The translations under genes were made by a program, and so were the position numbers. This document shows positions 34,665 to 47,355 of a stretch of DNA of 64,000 nucleotides, in pieces (within the stretch, counting starts at the first letter, position 1; every line of letters starts with the position of its first letter). The notes under the pieces are model-generated. The model made no database searches and had not been told where the DNA came from. It saw only the letters and a list, made by a program, of their open reading frames with translations. The stretch spans positions 45,975,811-46,039,810 of the forward strand of contig NC_068999.1 of assembly GCF_001194135.2 (NCBI RefSeq), in the 5' to 3' direction. This stretch comes from Octopus bimaculoides (taxonomy: Eukaryota).

Positions 34665-37066
34665 TGGGGGTGGATAAGTGAGAAATACGTCATTGGAGGG
34701 GAGTAATAGGATAAGATATGAACACGGTGAGTGTAGTAAGACACGACGGAGAAATAGTTTATTTCAATAAAAATTATCTTTGTAATACCATGTAAATCAC
34801 TGAAAAACTAAACGGATTAGAAAAACCACAGAAATAACTACTTTAAAATGACATTTAAGTAGAGACGGAGAGAAAGAAAGAAAAGAAAAGAGAGAGAGAT
34901 GTTAGAACGAGGAAAATTTTTTACTCCAAATTTAACCATCACCATTTCTAAAAAGATATCTTTTTTTTAAAATATGAAATGAACTAAACTAAAAGAAAAA
35001 AAAAAGATCGAACCTCCGTAAGAAGTAGCTACACGATCGAATCACACATAGGTGGTGCTGCTACACACACGATCATCATCATCTAACGACTACAAAACCT
35101 GTCTTAATTGAGACCATAAATATCTTGGTTTTGTATCGTTACGTTACGCCTGGTGCTCTGACATTGGCGGTTTCGACGCTCATTTATTCCAACCGATAAG
35201 TTTTCATATAAATTAAATAACCCACACGTAATATAAGCCATCATCGATTCTTATTATTGCAACATTTGGCTACAGTTTTTATCTATTTATTTTTTACCGC
35301 ATTTAACAACGATATAAATAACGAAGGCTGTAACGCAGAGTGCTAGAGAGAGAGACCGAGGGAAAATTTCTAGATAGAAATCGATAAATAGAGTGGATAA
35401 AAGCTCGAGAAAGAAGCCAGTGGAATCAGTTATGAACAGAAAAGAGTGTTAAGGAATAGGCGTATATCGATTCCATCCATATTGCAAAAACATGAACGAT
35501 CGAGAAGAGGGTTAATAATGAGCTTAAACAGGAGACTTCTTTCGCTCTTAATTTCATCCTTAACGGTTTTATTATAAAGAGGAACAAAAAAAAAAACAGA
35601 GAAAAAGAAAGAAAATGGTTTGACATGTTTGGACTACAAGTTATTTATTGCTTCTTAACCAGGTTCGATCATAGGCAGTCGAGGAATTTAAGGATGAAAG
35701 GAAAACAAAATCTTGGTAGGGAAGAAATAGAATTCAGAATAAAGGCTGAGAGGAGGAGGAATGAACGCAGGAGGGGTAAAAATGTAGGAAAACTACTATT
35801 GCACTGTTGCAGAATAGTGGAAAGCAGTGTGTCTCTATAAACCAAAACAAACATCAATTGATTTATCTCGACAGTTCGAAATATATTAGCAATATTAAAT
35901 TAAGGGTCAGAGATAATTTGATTGTGATATTTAACGGATAATCCCGTAAAGCAGTAAGTCAATGTCATTTACTGATAAAATATATTAAAATAAACGGGGT
36001 GTGAGGAGTCGATGTGATTACTAATGCAGCGAGAGAGGCTGCTCTGAAAAGTAACAACGGTAATATCGATGATAAATAATTATTAATATAAATATAAACC
36101 AATCACTGATCTATTAATTGTTAACAAATAGAGAAAGTGACGTTATAGATGATGCTAACGTTAAGCTTTGTATCAGCTGTCCAGAGCAAAGTGAAAGCAG
36201 AAATCATCTTCGATCTGTTTCACCTTCATTCAGTTGCTTCAGCTAGCGTCAAGGTTACGAGCAAAGAATCCGACAGAGGAAATTTCCTCGAAATCAAGCG
36301 CTCGCTTTCGGGAAACAAATGAAGATTAAAACAAACCTCCATGTATTTTCATTTAATGAAGGGAAAATATTTGAGATTTTTTTTTTTATTCTTGTTATTA
36401 TTATTATTATCAAAAACAAACAATACAAATAAATTTAACCTCTGCAAACACTGCACACTATATCGATGTGCATTCAATGAATACGGCAGAAGTGGACAGG
36501 GTTGTTTTCAATGACATATAGAATTAGCTGATTTCCCCAGATCCATTTGCTTTGAGTGTCCTAAACAGACATTATGGTATTTCAGCAAAAAAAAAAAAAA
36601 AACAATAGGTTAAAAGCAAACGGGCCGACGAGGGAGCAATGACATGGAAGACTCGTACGAAGCATGAGACCATTTATAAAAATTACTTAATTAAGGTCAA
36701 ACATTTAAACGTACTTTTCTATCTAGGTTGGATTTTGGAGGGTGGGGATAATAAATTAATTTCATTTTCACATAATTTTAATCTTAAATGTAAGTAGATC
36801 GAACGATTTTTTTTTTTTTTTCGTAAATACCAATTAAGGCGGTTAGAAAAAAAATTACTTTGAAAATATATCAAGTCTCACTGAAGCTCGATGAAATATA
36901 ATACCTTAGCGATACATTAACGAGGGGATCGTTAGACAAATCTTAAAAGAAGAAAAGCAAAATACATTGCAATTTATCAGATAAAGATGCGAAAATTATT
37001 AACAAATAAAGAAATATTTCTTAATAGTTAAAATTTAGCAGAAAGCAAACATAAAATACAACCTAC

Positions 37067-37199
37067 CCCAGCTTTTACCAGTTCGTCCACACACCTCACC
37101 AGTATCGCGGTTGTAAAGAAATACTAAAAAATCATCCAAACTCTGTCGAAACCCCACTTGACTAGGGGCAGAAACCGGATCGACATCAGAACTAGCCAT
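37067..37199 (-). CDS. ATP1B: ATP1B coding exon 1 (cytoplasmic N-terminus, M1-W44)
   Basis: ATG at 37199 with an in-frame upstream TAA at 37211-37209. Encodes [44 protein letters not shown] and ends AGC TGG G|GTAGGT (phase 1). Confidence 0.92.
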
Positions 37200-38699
37200 C
37201 TCTAAAAATTACGCTGTGGTAATGGAGTTTAGTTGTTCCTGAAATCGGCCACACGACGCCAGAGATCTCTCCCGGAGTGGTACAAGGCTGCTGCAATTAC
37301 TAACAAGCACTGAGCTTTTTCAACCAATTAGAGTTCGATGTTCCAAGCACTACTTCGGTAATATCCGTCGCTGAAAAGTCGTCACTGACGGAATGTTACG
37401 AAGTCGTCCGAATTGTTACGTACTTTTGCTAAATTGATTGTTGCAATCGATAGACTTCATTTAAAATTTTTCTTTCTTAATGTCGTGTTTAGCTGGCGAT
37501 AAGGTCACGTGTTACTTATGCCATGATAACACTTCGCTAATGGCTGCTACCTTGAGGGTACTAGCACCATTAATTACTCGCTGATAACCGCTGGACGAAT
37601 CATTAATTTATGTGTTCGTCTCCGACGAAATATTTTCATCTCAGATTTCGTTCAGAGCCTCCAGACAATACAACAGTTAATTCGGACAAGTCCATCATTA
37701 TTATTATTATAAGACAGGTGCTCGAACGAACCCCTCTCCCTATACCATCTCTCTATCTTTCTTCTCTTCACTCTATAGTAACTTGCTAGTTACTATTAAT
37801 AACATTTTAATTTTAGATTCAACATAATAGATTGTGAATTTCACTTTAATAAAAATAATTAAGTTGTATCTAAGCTACTGACTACTACTAAGTCCTTGAG
37901 GGTCATTCGTGTTGGCAATATAACAGACGACTGTGAAAACTGAAATTGTAATTACACAAGAAAGCTAGTCTGTAAAAGTCTTCCCACCTTTTATACTGAA
38001 TCAAACAAATACATATTATTTAACTTGCAGAGTAAATATAAACGATTCCCTTATTGTAACCTTCCCATTTAATTTATAGCTTTCTTGAAATAAATATGTC
38101 ACACAATCTATTTTCACCTGCCCTATAAATTCAGAGCTTTGTACCTGCTGTGAAATAATTATTGTTTCTATTAGAAACCTTAAATGGAGGTAGGTACCTT
38201 ATAGTAATTCTTCGTTTAACCCTTTTCTTGCCGTATTTCTGTTGAAATACACATTTTCAGAATAATGAAGGATTTAATAAAATAACTTTGTCATTATTAA
38301 CCTAGTGTTTGGAACATGGATTAACATGAAATTTGGATGGAAGGATTTAATGTAGATCACTTTAAAATGTCGACTTTGCCTTTCATCCTTTCAGGGTCGA
38401 TTAAACAAGTACCAGTTATTCACTGGGGTCGGTGTAATCAACTTAATCCCTTTGTCTTTCCTTGTTTGTCTCCTCTATGTTTAGCCCTCTGTGGGCAATA
38501 AAGAAATATATATATGTAAGAGTTTATATTGGGGATGGTGGAAAAAAGTCTATTGGGCTAGGTGCTCACCATGTTGGGGAATGTGTATTTGTTTGTGGGT
38601 GCGTTAGTGTATGCTCTGGTCGAACTCCTTGCCAGACTCGAGAGTATTGGTGGAGGGCCAAAGTTGGGGGACTGGTGATTATAGTTATGATGGGGCATG

Positions 38700-38960
38700 C
38701 AGGTATGATAGGATGTACTTCCTTTCATGTTAGCAAGGATTAAAAATTTCACTTCTGCTATTCAGGTAAATGCCTGGGTGTTGGGTGCTCTTTAAAATCA
38801 CTCTTTTCTCAGCCAGGCATAACCTGCACTTCCTGCTGCTATTGAAGTATGGTTTCATGTTCAGGTATAAGAAATACTTACTGAAAAATTTTGGTGACAG
38901 GTGTTGTGATGGTGAACTAAGATTTCCATGAAGTGAATTTCCTGTGTGATTCTCACCCCC
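38700..38960 (-). mobile_element. Penelope-like element, GIY-YIG endonuclease C-terminal relic
   Basis: KPYFNSSRKCRLCLAEKRVILKSTQHPGIYLNSRSEIFNPC*HERKYIL matches the PLE motif KPY...K.C.LCL.EK..I.....LNSRSE....CRH. Confidence 0.75.
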
Positions 38961-39130
38961 TCTTCTCCATGTCCCTCACTCAACACATATGTGTATGTGT
39001 GTCTCCATGACCACAACCACTTGACAACTGGTGTTAGTGTATTTACATCCCCATAACTGAGCAATTTGGCAAAAGTGTCCAATAGAAAAAGTACCAGGCT
39101 TTAAAAAAAAAAAATTTTTAATTAATAGTT

Positions 39131-39261
39131 CCATATTTAAGAGATGAGGAATTATGGACATTATTTACATTTGATGGATATTTGTCCTCATCTTGTTTGG
39201 TGTAGTGGTTAAGAGCGTGGACTTCTAACCCCAAGACTCCAAGTTTGATTCCAGGCTGTGA

Positions 39262-39305
<44 letters not shown>

Positions 39306-39461
39306 TTGAAAAATACCTTAGGAATGAGAACCCAGTTTTGAAATTTCCTCAAGACACCTGATGAAGGTTGGAGGGTATATCAGTTGAAACGTGTTAACAA
39401 CAAACAAGATGAGGACAAATATCCGTCAAATTTAGAAAATAATGTAAATAACGTACATAAT
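39131..39461 (+). mobile_element. Composite non-autonomous element: inverted terminus, tRNA-like head, (AAT)n and hammerhead-like motif
   Basis: 39169-39199 is the reverse complement of 39401-39431 (30/31). ggtgtagtggttaag and gtttgattcc are A/B-box-like. CTGATGA-A-GGTTG-loop-CAGTT-GAAAC-GT lies at 39358-39392. Confidence 0.7.
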
Positions 39462-40204
39462 GTAAAAAATTAATACTTGCGTTGATTCATTCGACTAAAA
39501 ATTCTTCAAGGTGGTGCCCCAGCATGGCCACAGTCTAATGACCGAAACAAGTAAAAAGTTAATAGGAAAAAAAAATAAATAAAAGCATGGACCTATTAAT
39601 AACAGACTCAAATTGAATACCTTTAAATATTTAAAACTAATTAAATGAAAGTTCTCTATCCACTTGATTAACTTGAATGTTAATTAATAGATTTAGAGTT
39701 TTCTTTTTAAAAATTGACAATTTGATAAGTTTTCGTTTATCTCTTTTATTTTTATAATTATATTATTATCATTCATTTAATCAATTTTGTTAATTTCATT
39801 ATCTCTTGCTTAATTGCAATTTTCTGCCTTGCATCCAATTTCCATCTTTTATTTTCTAGCTTCTTTTTCTTGTTTTCTTCATTGGACAGCGGCCATACTA
39901 GGATTCTGTATATATAAGGGTGTGTATCTTTGTGTCTGTGTTTGTCAGTCACCATTGTTTGACAACCGGTGTTGGTGTATTTACATTCCTGTAACCTAGC
40001 GGTTTGGCAAAATATATTGATAGAATAAGTACCAGGCTTTTACAACGAAATAATAAGTACCAGATTGATTTCTTTGACTAAAATTCTTCAACACAGTGCC
40101 CCAGCATGACCATAGTCTAACGCGTGAAACAGGTAAACGGTTAAATGGCAAAAGATTTAATAAAATAAAAGGAGGATATAAAGTTCTTTTTTTAAATGAC
40201 TCTT

Positions 40205-40625
40205 TACTCTCTTACTCTTTTACTTGTTTCAGTCATTTGACTGCGGCCATGCTGGAGCACCGCCTTTAGTCGAGCAAATCGACCCTCCAGGACTTAGTCT
40301 TTGTAAGCCTAGTACTTATTCTATCGGTCTTTTTTGCCGAACCTCTNNNNNNNNNNNNNNNNNNNNNNNNNNNNNNNNNNNNNNNNNNNNNNNNNNNNGT
40401 TGGGGGGGGGGACAAACACAGACACACACACACATATACATATATATATACATATATACGACGGGCTTCTTTCAGTTTCCGTCTACCAAATCCACTCACA
40501 AGGCTTTGATTGGCCCGAGGCTATAGTAGAAGACACTTGCCCAAGGTGCCATGCAGTGGGAATGAACCCGGAACCATGTGGTTGGTAAGCAAGCTACTTA
40601 CCACACAGCTACTCCTACGCCTATA
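40205..40625 (-). mobile_element. tRNA-derived SINE family A, full length (N gap inside)
   Basis: Same head, core and tail as the 15900 copy. Further copies at ~41225-41590 (-), 41715-41880 (+), 42560-42720 (+) and 47365-47715 (-). Confidence 0.9.
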
Positions 40626-43600
40626 AAGTTTATAAAGTTTTTTTTTTTTTAAATGACATAAATAATTTTTTTTTAAAAAAGGGGAAATGAAACAATATTG
40701 CAATGTTAAATAACATCTTTTTTTTTTTTCAAAAAAAAAAGTTGTTTTTAAGTGATACAAATAAAATAAAAATGAAGACAACAAAGCAAAACAAAAAAAA
40801 AAAAACAAACAGAAGACAAAACAAACAATATCATTCGCCAGTGATATTATTATCACTGAAGGTTAAAACTTTAGAAGTCACCTAGAAGCGTACAGACTTA
40901 AAGTCATGCCATTGTCATTTACACAAGTTAAACACAAACACCTTTCTGTTGCTGTGCTGGCTTCTGTCAGCCAACACAGATTATGTAAGTTGATTGAGTT
41001 ATTTTCCGTATGAAGTCCATTGTTCACTGGTGTTGTTAACCCATGTCTGAAAGTGGTTTGTGTGACATACATTTTTTTACACTGTATTAAGAAGAGATTC
41101 CGCCACTGGTTATTAAATTAATGTATCGCAAATATTTCCCTCATTTGCCCAAAATATAATTAACAGGGGTGTAAATGAATTAGGTAAATTATTTTATCCT
41201 GCTGTTATTAATTTATCACATCTTTCTTTTATCATGTTTCAGTCGTTGGACTGTGGCCATGCTGGGGCACTGTCTCGAAGAATTTTTAGTCAAACGAATT
41301 ATCCCCAGAACTTATTTTTTTTTAAAGCCTGTTACTTATTCTATCAGTCTCTTTTGCCAAACTGTTAAATTACAGGGATGTAAACACACCAACACCTGTT
41401 GTCAAGCAGTGGTGGTGGACAAGTGTAGACTCAAACACATACATGATGGGCTTCTTTCAGTTTCCATCTACCAATTCCACACATAAGGCTATAGTTGAAG
41501 ACACTTGCCCAAGGTGCCATGCAGTGGGACAGAACCTGGAACCATGAGGTTGAGAAACAGACTACCTACCCCGCAGTCACAGCTGTGCCTTCATATCACA
41601 GTTTTTCTTTTATCACAGCATGTCTTATCACGGTGTAGTGTTATGTTTATTTGGTGGTATGTTTATCAGAATATACTCAATGATAACAAGAGATGTACAA
41701 TGTTGAAGACAAGAGGCTTAAGTATAGCTGTGTGGTTGAGAAGGTTGTTTCCCAACTGCATGGGTTTGGGTTCAGTCCCATTGCTTGGCACCTTGGGCAA
41801 GTGTATTTTATTATAGCCCCAGGCTGACCAAAGCCTTGTGAGTGGATCTGGTAGATGGAAACCAAAAGAAACCTGTCAGACACACACATGTGCGCATGCA
41901 CACACAGACACGCATACACATGCATGCATGTGCATGCATATACACACACATGCAGATACACACGCACAAACATGCATGCATGCACACATGCATGTGCATG
42001 CATATACACACATATACATGTATTTGTGTATGTGTGTGTGTGTGCATGAGCATGCGTATCTTCTTGTCATGACGTCACGTGATAGTAGTAAATGAGCGTC
42101 CTTCATTTCCAATCATTATCGTCATCATTATTATCATCATCGTTTAACATCCGCTTTCCATGCTGGCCAAAACAGACAATGGAACCTGATGCAACCCTTG
42201 GTTTTACCAGTTCCCATCAAACTGCCCAACCCAAGCCAGCATGAAAAACAGACGTTATATGATGATGATGATGAGGAGAATGATCGCACAGCCATCTTTC
42301 AATACTGGAGAAATAAACTGGTAAAGTCGATAAATTCAGTTTGCCTGCAAACATTCCTTTCCATATGTTATTTGGACAACGGTAGACATAATTCTAAATG
42401 CTTTGGTTCAATTAGCTGAAAGAGAATCGCTCTGGGACTGGCACGCAATTAGTATGTCTGTTGGCAACAAACTCAGGTCTTAGCCATTCTGTCTTGTCTA
42501 TTTTTAGCATCATAAAACACAATCAGGACTTCAGAGACATTTACATCATTTAAAAATTTATAGCGGCTATGTGGTTTAAGCAGCTTGCTCCCCAACCATG
42601 TGGACTTGGGTCCCATCCCACCACTGTGCAGCATGTTGGCAAGTGTTTTCTACTAGAGCCCAGTGCCAACTAAAGCCTTGTGAATTTGGTAAACAAAAAC
42701 CGAAGTCAGACCATTGTATGTTTGTGTGTCTGTATATATATATATTTATTTATATTCATATGTGTATGTATGTATGAATGTATGTGTGTGTGTGTGTGNN
42801 NNNNNNNNNNNNNNNNNNNNNNNNNNNNNNNNNNNNNNNNNNNNNNNNNNNNNNNNNNNNNNNNNNNNNNNNNNNNNNNNNNNNNNNNNNNNNNNNNNNN
42901 NNNNNNNNNNNNNNNNNNNNNNNNNNNNNNNNNNNNNNNNNNNNNNNNNNNNNNNNNTATATATATATATATATATATATGTATAAAAATATATTTATGT
43001 ATGTATGTATGCATGCATGCATGTATGTATGTATATATATATATTTATTTATATTCATATGTGTATGTATGTATGAATGTATGTGTGTGTGTGTGTGTGC
43101 ATGTATGTATGTGTGTATGTGCATGTCCTTGAGTTGACATCATGTGGTAGTTGTAAGCAAGCATCATTGTCAAACAAGAGAAGTTGTTCATTTCCATGTG
43201 TTGCCATGGGGAAATATTACCTTGCTTGGAAACATGTGAAGGTTGGTGACAGGAAAGGCATCTGGTAGTAAGAAATCTGCTTCAACAATATTTCTGCTGA
43301 CCAATGCTGGCACAGAAAAGTGGATGTTAAAACGAGGATGATGATGATGATGATGACAACGTTGATGATGACAACGATGATGATGATGATGATGATGACA
43401 ATGATGTTGACGGCAAGGATGATGACAATGACAGCGATGATAATAATAGCAATGACAGCAACAACGATGATGACTATGGTGACGATGATGACGATGATGA
43501 CAATGACGCCGATGACAATGACCATGATTTCATCTGACTGCATTAACTTCTACACCTTAATTGTATTAGAAAGCAATTTCATAAAATAGGAATTTTTAAT

Positions 43601-43759
43601 GTGAACTAGTAAATTTGTGCAGAGTTAAAACCTAAAAAAGAAAAAAGAAAAAAAAGCCAAACTGGTATAAGAAAAATGGGCCCAGAGGTCATTGTTAATT
43701 CAGAGTAATTCATCAACATAATTTTCTTTCAAAATAACCAGGTGACATTGAATAGAAAT

Positions 43760-44100
43760 GAGTTTTCTGCCGGCCTTCTCTATGACCCACTTTTCGTTAT
43801 ATTTTGCTGTTTGCCTTTTCTTTCAGTCGTGTCCCCCGTGTCCTTGAGAAAGTCATGGGCCTTGTCAGCCCCCAATTTGTACTGTGTTTGTGTAGAAATT
43901 TATGAAAACTTTCATTGGGTGGAATTGTGCCTCGTGTTCAAATTATGGAAAACCAGAAAGAAGCTACATGACCAAGATTGTAATTTAATACAAGTGACAT
44001 ACCTACATGTTTATAAAGGATTTATTATTTTCCTTTGTACTGATGTGCCCACCACCTGCATTGCAAGTTCATATACACCTGTAACCCACGTTTAATAGTA
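43760..44100 (-). mobile_element. Possible relic of an Academ-like DNA transposon protein (XPG/H3TH-like segment)
   Basis: The minus strand gives YKLGADKAHDFLKDTGDTTERKGKQ, loosely resembling LG.DKA.AL..FHA.TGCDTT..F.GKGK; it has many stops and gaps. Confidence 0.25.
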
Positions 44101-44533
44101 ATGAGGTTCTTCACCCAGATCTAATGTTATATATATTTTACTGATTTCAGGTTGTTCGACAGGAAATTTATTTAATATAACATGTCTGCAATCAGTTTTG
44201 TTGCTGATAGCAATAGCAGATGCAGTGGTGACTTGTACTGACAGCAGGTTAGTTAAAACTTCACAAGATTCACCAAATGAATTAACAGAAGGAAAAAGCA
44301 AATTCTTACAGATTTTATTTATCTGTTATATTTTGTCATTAAGTATGATGTACAGTCTGTAGTCACCGGCTGTTTCCCAGTGGTAAATGGATGATAGTAA
44401 TGTTTGTTTCAGGTGTAAGTGCTGTAAGAGATAGAAAAAGGTAGACGCATGGCATCTAGAGTGAAAACAAACTGTTCCTAAATGTTTAGTGAAGGGCAAC
44501 AGTTCTAAGAACAGCAGCCACTTATATTAAACT

Positions 44534-45274
44534 CTGGGGTTTAATCTACATGAGGGCCTTTCAGTACAGGTTTTATGGAAGATGTTAAATATTCCATCTG
44601 TTAAAGAAATCAGTCAACCATAAAGCTAAACATTAAACCATTTTTGCTAGCTGGGTGGACTGCAGCAACAAGAAATGAAGTGTCTTGCTCAAGGGCACAA
44701 TGTGCCACCAAGAATCAAACTCCCGACCTTATGACCATGGGCCCTGAATGCCCTAAACTCTAAGCCATGTGCCTTCATAATAAGGAATGACTTGGACTAA
44801 TGGTCATTAACATAAACTTCTCTATGTACCAGACTTCTTATATATATATATTATTTTTTTCTTGAGCCCTAGAACCCCTCAGGTTGGTTACTGAGATTGC
44901 AACATTCTCCCTAAACAGGACACTGGTTTATTGCAGGGATCAAGACCGTTAAGTTTTGATGGGAGAGGACAAGTCAACTACATTGTCCCCACTACTTTAC
45001 TTCACCAATTCTGAAAGGATGAAAAGCGAAGTTGACTTCAGTAGGATTTGAACTCAGAACATAAAGAACCACAAGAAATACTGTTAAACATTTTGTCCAA
45101 CATGTTAGTGCCCCTACCAGCTTGCCTCCTTCTGTACTACACCTATCTCATATCATACTTCTTCACCCTGGGGTTTAATCTATACGAGAGCCTTTCAGTA
45201 CAGGTTTTATGGAAGATGTTAAATATTTCATCTGTTAAAGAAATCAGTCAACCATAAAGCTAAACATTAAACCA
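44534..45274 (+). repeat. 107-bp direct repeat pair (44534-44640 and 45168-45274)
   Basis: ctggggtttaatcta...gctaaacattaaacca; 4 mismatches in 107 bp; SINE fragments lie in between. Confidence 0.9.
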
Positions 45275-45554
45275 AATCACAACCCGGTCTGACTACTTTT
45301 TTTGTTTATTTATATATTTTGGATAAGGCGGCAATCTGGCAGAAACGTTGGCGTGGTGGGCGAAATGCTTAGCGGTATTTCGTCTGTCTTTACATTCTGA
45401 GTTCAAATTCCGCCAAGGTCGACTTTGCCTTTCATCCTTTCGGGGTTGATAAATTAAGTACCAGTTGTGTACTGAGGTTCGATCTAATCGACTGCACACC
45501 CCACCTCACCCAAAATTTCGCGCCTTGTGCCTTGTGCATGCATGTGTATATATA

Positions 45555-45596
<42 letters not shown>

Positions 45597-45614
45597 CATC
45601 ATCATCATCACCAT

Positions 45615-46480
45615 NNNNNNNNNNNNNNNNNNNNNNNNNNNNNNNNNNNNNNNNNNNNNNNNNNNNNNNNNNNNNNNNNNNNNNNNNNNNNNNNNNNNNN
45701 NNNNNNNNNNNNNNNNNNNNNNNNNNNNNNNNNNNNNNNNNNNNNNNNNNNNNNNNNNNNNNNNNNNNNNNNNNNNNNNNNNNNNNNNNNNNNNNNNNNN
45801 NNNNNNNNNNNNNNNNNNNNNNNNNNNNNNNNNNNNNNNNNNNNNNNNNNNNNNNNNNNNNNNNNNNNNNNNNNNNNNNNNNNNNNNNNNNNNNNNNNNN
45901 NNNNNNNNNNNNNNNNNNNNNNNNNNNNNNNNNNNNNNNNNNNNNNNNNNNNNNNNNNNNNNNNNNNNNNNNNNNNNNNNNNNNNNNNNNNNNNNNNNNN
46001 NNNNNNNNNNNNNNNNNNNNNNNNNNNNNNNNNNNNNNNNNNNNNNNNNNNNNNNNNNNNNNNNNNNNNNNNNNNNNNNNNNNNNNNNNNNNNNNNNNNN
46101 NNNNNNNNNNNNNNNNNNNNNNNNNNNNNNNNNNNNNNNNNNNNNNNNNNNNNNNNNNNNNNNNNNNNNNNNNNNNNNNNNNNNNNNNNNNNNNNNNNNN
46201 NNNNNNNNNNNNNNNNNNNNNNNNNNNNNNNNNNNNNNNNNNNNNNNNNNNNNNNNNNNNNNNNNNNNNNNNNNNNNNNNNNNNNNNNNNNNNNNNNNNN
46301 NNNNNNNNNNNNNNNNNNNNNNNNNNNNNNNNNNNNNNNNNNNNNNNNNNNNNNNNNNNNNNNNNNNNNNNNNNNNNNNNNNNNNNNNNNNNNNNNNNNN
46401 NNNNNNNNNNNNNNNNNNNNNNNNNNNNNNNNNNNNNNNNNNNNNNNNNNNNNNNNNNNNNNNNNNNNNNNNNNNNNNNN
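45615..46480. other. Largest of many assembly gaps (N runs)
   Basis: N run. Others at 5182-5660, 21382-21578, 25172-25761, 32224-32430, 47716-47930, 54941-55423 and several 10-N gaps. Confidence 0.99.
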
Positions 46481-47310
46481 GAGATGAGGAGGGGGAAGTG
46501 TGAGAAGGAGAAAATGAGACAAGGCAGAGGGGGGAAATTTGGGTGAGAGGGAGATAAGGGTGGGGGGAGGGAAGGAGATAGGGACAGATAGAAAGAAAGA
46601 GACAGGGAGAGAGATAGAAAGAGAGAGAGAGATAGAAGAGGGGCAGACAAGGAGAAAGAGAGGTCTAAAGAAGAGAGATAGGAGGAGGAAGAAGTAAAGA
46701 GGAATGAATGAAGGCAGATAGGGTAAGTGAAGGGAGGAGGAGGAGGAGGTGATAAATGGTGGGAGGGAATGTAGAGGTTTATGGCGAGACAGGAAGTATA
46801 TGAATTGAGAGAGAAAGGGTGTATATTGAGTGGGAGTGGGAGAGAAAGGGTGTATGTTGAGTGGGAGTGTGGGAGAAAAGGTGTATATTAGAATGTGGGA
46901 GAGGATTGATTGGAATCGGTTGTTTAGGTCTTGGTTGTTTGTCCCAGCCCTCATTGAACAGGCAAAATCTATTATTGAAGATGCTCCTGCCATGACCATC
47001 ACGTTTTTTCTCAAGTCATATTGTTCCCAGGACTGCATTATGGAATAGATTGTTTTCTAGGACGGTGAGGCATGATTTGAGGGAGGTTTATTTTGGTTGC
47101 TATTTCTAGTAAGCTGAACGACCATGCAGGGAGGGAGAGGCTTCGTCCCTCATTGGTTCCATAGAGGTTGAGTGTGTAATGTGGAGTGGGAGGGAGGGAG
47201 AGGTGGGAGAAAGTGAGATAATTTCAGGCGGGGGGAAAGTATGAGGAAACACAGGAGGAAAGTGTATGAGTGAGAGAGAGAGAGACAGACAGACAGACAG
47301 TAACTTATCC

Positions 47311-47355
<45 letters not shown>

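Larger units (their letters stand above)
596..37199 (-). other. ATP1B: Na+/K+-transporting ATPase beta subunit gene (ATP1B / nervana-like), coding span of 6 exons, 300 aa
   Basis: Manually spliced exons of 133+141+108+182+102+237 = 903 nt give one open frame: [62 protein letters not shown]...YFPYLNQKGY...RQGAVHFEILVD*. Family hallmarks are present: FLYN..GRT..SW before a single TM helix, PGLGYRP, six ectodomain Cys (3 disulfides), YFPY, and N-glycosylation sequons NAS and NDS. Intron phases are 1,1,1,0,0, all GT-AG. Confidence 0.95.

Noticed and set aside
42067-42086. Overlapping CRE and E-box (tgacgtcacgtg)
   Set aside because: It lies in a repeat-derived segment related to ttgacatcatgtggtagttgtaa at ~43133, so it is not evidence of a unique regulatory site.
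43217-43589. Poly-Met/Ile/Asp ORFs (also 52384-53013 and the K/E/R-rich ORFs at 58048-58498)
   Set aside because: (GAT)n, (GGT)n and (CTT)n trinucleotide microsatellites.
45465-47038. Very long ORFs of 320-476 aa
   Set aside because: They are open only because they run through N gaps and GA-rich low-complexity sequence.
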